A stretch of DNA of 64,000 nt from Catajapyx aquilonaris. Lineage: Eukaryota. Location of the stretch: positions 1 through 64,000 of the forward strand of contig KZ538045.1 of assembly GCA_000934665.2 (NCBI GenBank). Reading direction: 5' to 3'. Every line of letters begins with the position of its first letter. The stretch's first letter is position 1. The position numbers and the translations under genes are program-made. Under the pieces are notes generated by a model, which was not told the DNA's origin, ran no database searches, and saw only the letters and a program-made list of their open reading frames with translations. Shown here piece by piece: positions 63,017 through 64,000 of this stretch.

Positions 63017-64000
63017 AGGTGCACAGCAAGGTTATTATGGGTTTCCCCCAGAAAGGTATATTACCATCAGAAAGTGGATTATCTGGTTCACAAAGGTGAG
63101 TTGATGGCAACCTTGACGGACATCAGTAAATCTGGACTCTCTTTACTTCTTCCACTCTGGGAAGTTGCAAAAGTTATTGAATTATCTGTGCACTTTCATC
63201 ATTATGGAGCAGTGCCTGTAGCAGTTGTCAGAGCAAGAGAGGGGTCATCCACGTGTACGTACATTTGTTCGTTATATAGGGCCCACGGTGCTGTGGTGCT
63301 TTTTATATAGAAAGGACTATATAAAAGGGGCTTAATCATATAATACCTTATACCACAGCAGTAGCTCTATAGAGAATTGGGTCATGGAAGTAAAAGAGGT
63401 GGTGATTTGAAGATTTTACCAAGGGAATGGCACTTATACTGCTGCTAATTCTTCTACAGCCCGCGTGGACGGCCTTCATTCGCCTCCAACTAGTCCAAAT
63501 AGTTGGAAAATTTCGATTGTAATCGGATCCGACATTGTGTTGAAAAATTCCCTTCCTGTGTGGTATATATGTTCTAATACTTCCACCGTTATTCGGGCTT
63601 CTTATATTATACAAGTCTGGGTGAAAGAGGATTAAATATTGTACCACGACGCACTTTATCTCGAGTGCTGTATTCAATTCAATATCCTCCAACCTGAGTG
63701 CCATAGAGATCCAATTTGTGCAAATATTAAGGCCAAGCCTTATTGTTCTTTCACTCGAATATTCGGAATTGGCCAATGAGATTCGCAGATAACCTTGGCC
63801 CTGATTGCTGGCAACAGGAACTGAACTTAAGACCTCTGGAGGCGTATGTGACTCATTACCAAACTTCCCTAGTACCTTTTAATGATTAAGCTTCATTGTA
63901 TGCACCTTATACAGTATACGTATTATGCGTTAACCTAATGCTATATAGAAATGTCATAACTGCACCTTTTCACTTCACTCCAATTTTATTGTAAAATTAT

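Noticed and set aside
63318..63522. TATATAAAAG box followed by a short hydrophobic ORF (MALILLLILLQPAWTAF...)
   Set aside because: The ORF is only about 31 codons, is preceded by another short ATG ORF, and has no supporting downstream exon within the window.
63348..63776. 142-aa minus ORF containing GSDYNRNFPTIW, reminiscent of the M14 carboxypeptidase GVDLNRNF motif
   Set aside because: The zinc-binding HxxE and NPDG motifs are absent and the surrounding sequence does not align, so the match is likely chance.

Overview
Eukaryotic, most likely arthropod, genomic DNA. Evidence: spliceosomal introns of about 60-80 nt, (TTAGG)n tracts, tRNA-derived SINEs and animal DNA-transposon MITEs. There are no prokaryotic features or CRISPR arrays. 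One protein-coding gene is well supported: a five-exon IRF2BP-family corepressor (IRF2BP1/2/L, Drosophila Pits-like; about 539 aa, N-terminal C4 zinc finger, poly-Ala tracts, C-terminal C3HC4 RING) at 36128-39610 (+), with a long candidate 3' UTR. Two intact tRNA genes are present: Thr-CGT (5819-5891, -) and Leu-AAG (27551-27632, +). The rest appears non-coding. About 27 kb upstream of the gene is nearly TE-free, and the proximal ~7.5 kb is dense in CACGTG E-boxes; TGACGTCA CRE sites are scattered from 19.6 to 60.5 kb. The flanks carry V-domain-like SINEs and hAT, Harbinger, Tc1/pogo, P-like and Sola-like MITEs. The most unusual items are a pair of TTAGG-carrying elements embedded in (TG)n and nested in a mariner-like MITE, an in-frame stop-free intron inside the RING domain, and two abutting near-perfect palindromes. 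Nearly all other ORFs in the supplied track look spurious. I cannot demonstrate a wholly new biological system from sequence alone.
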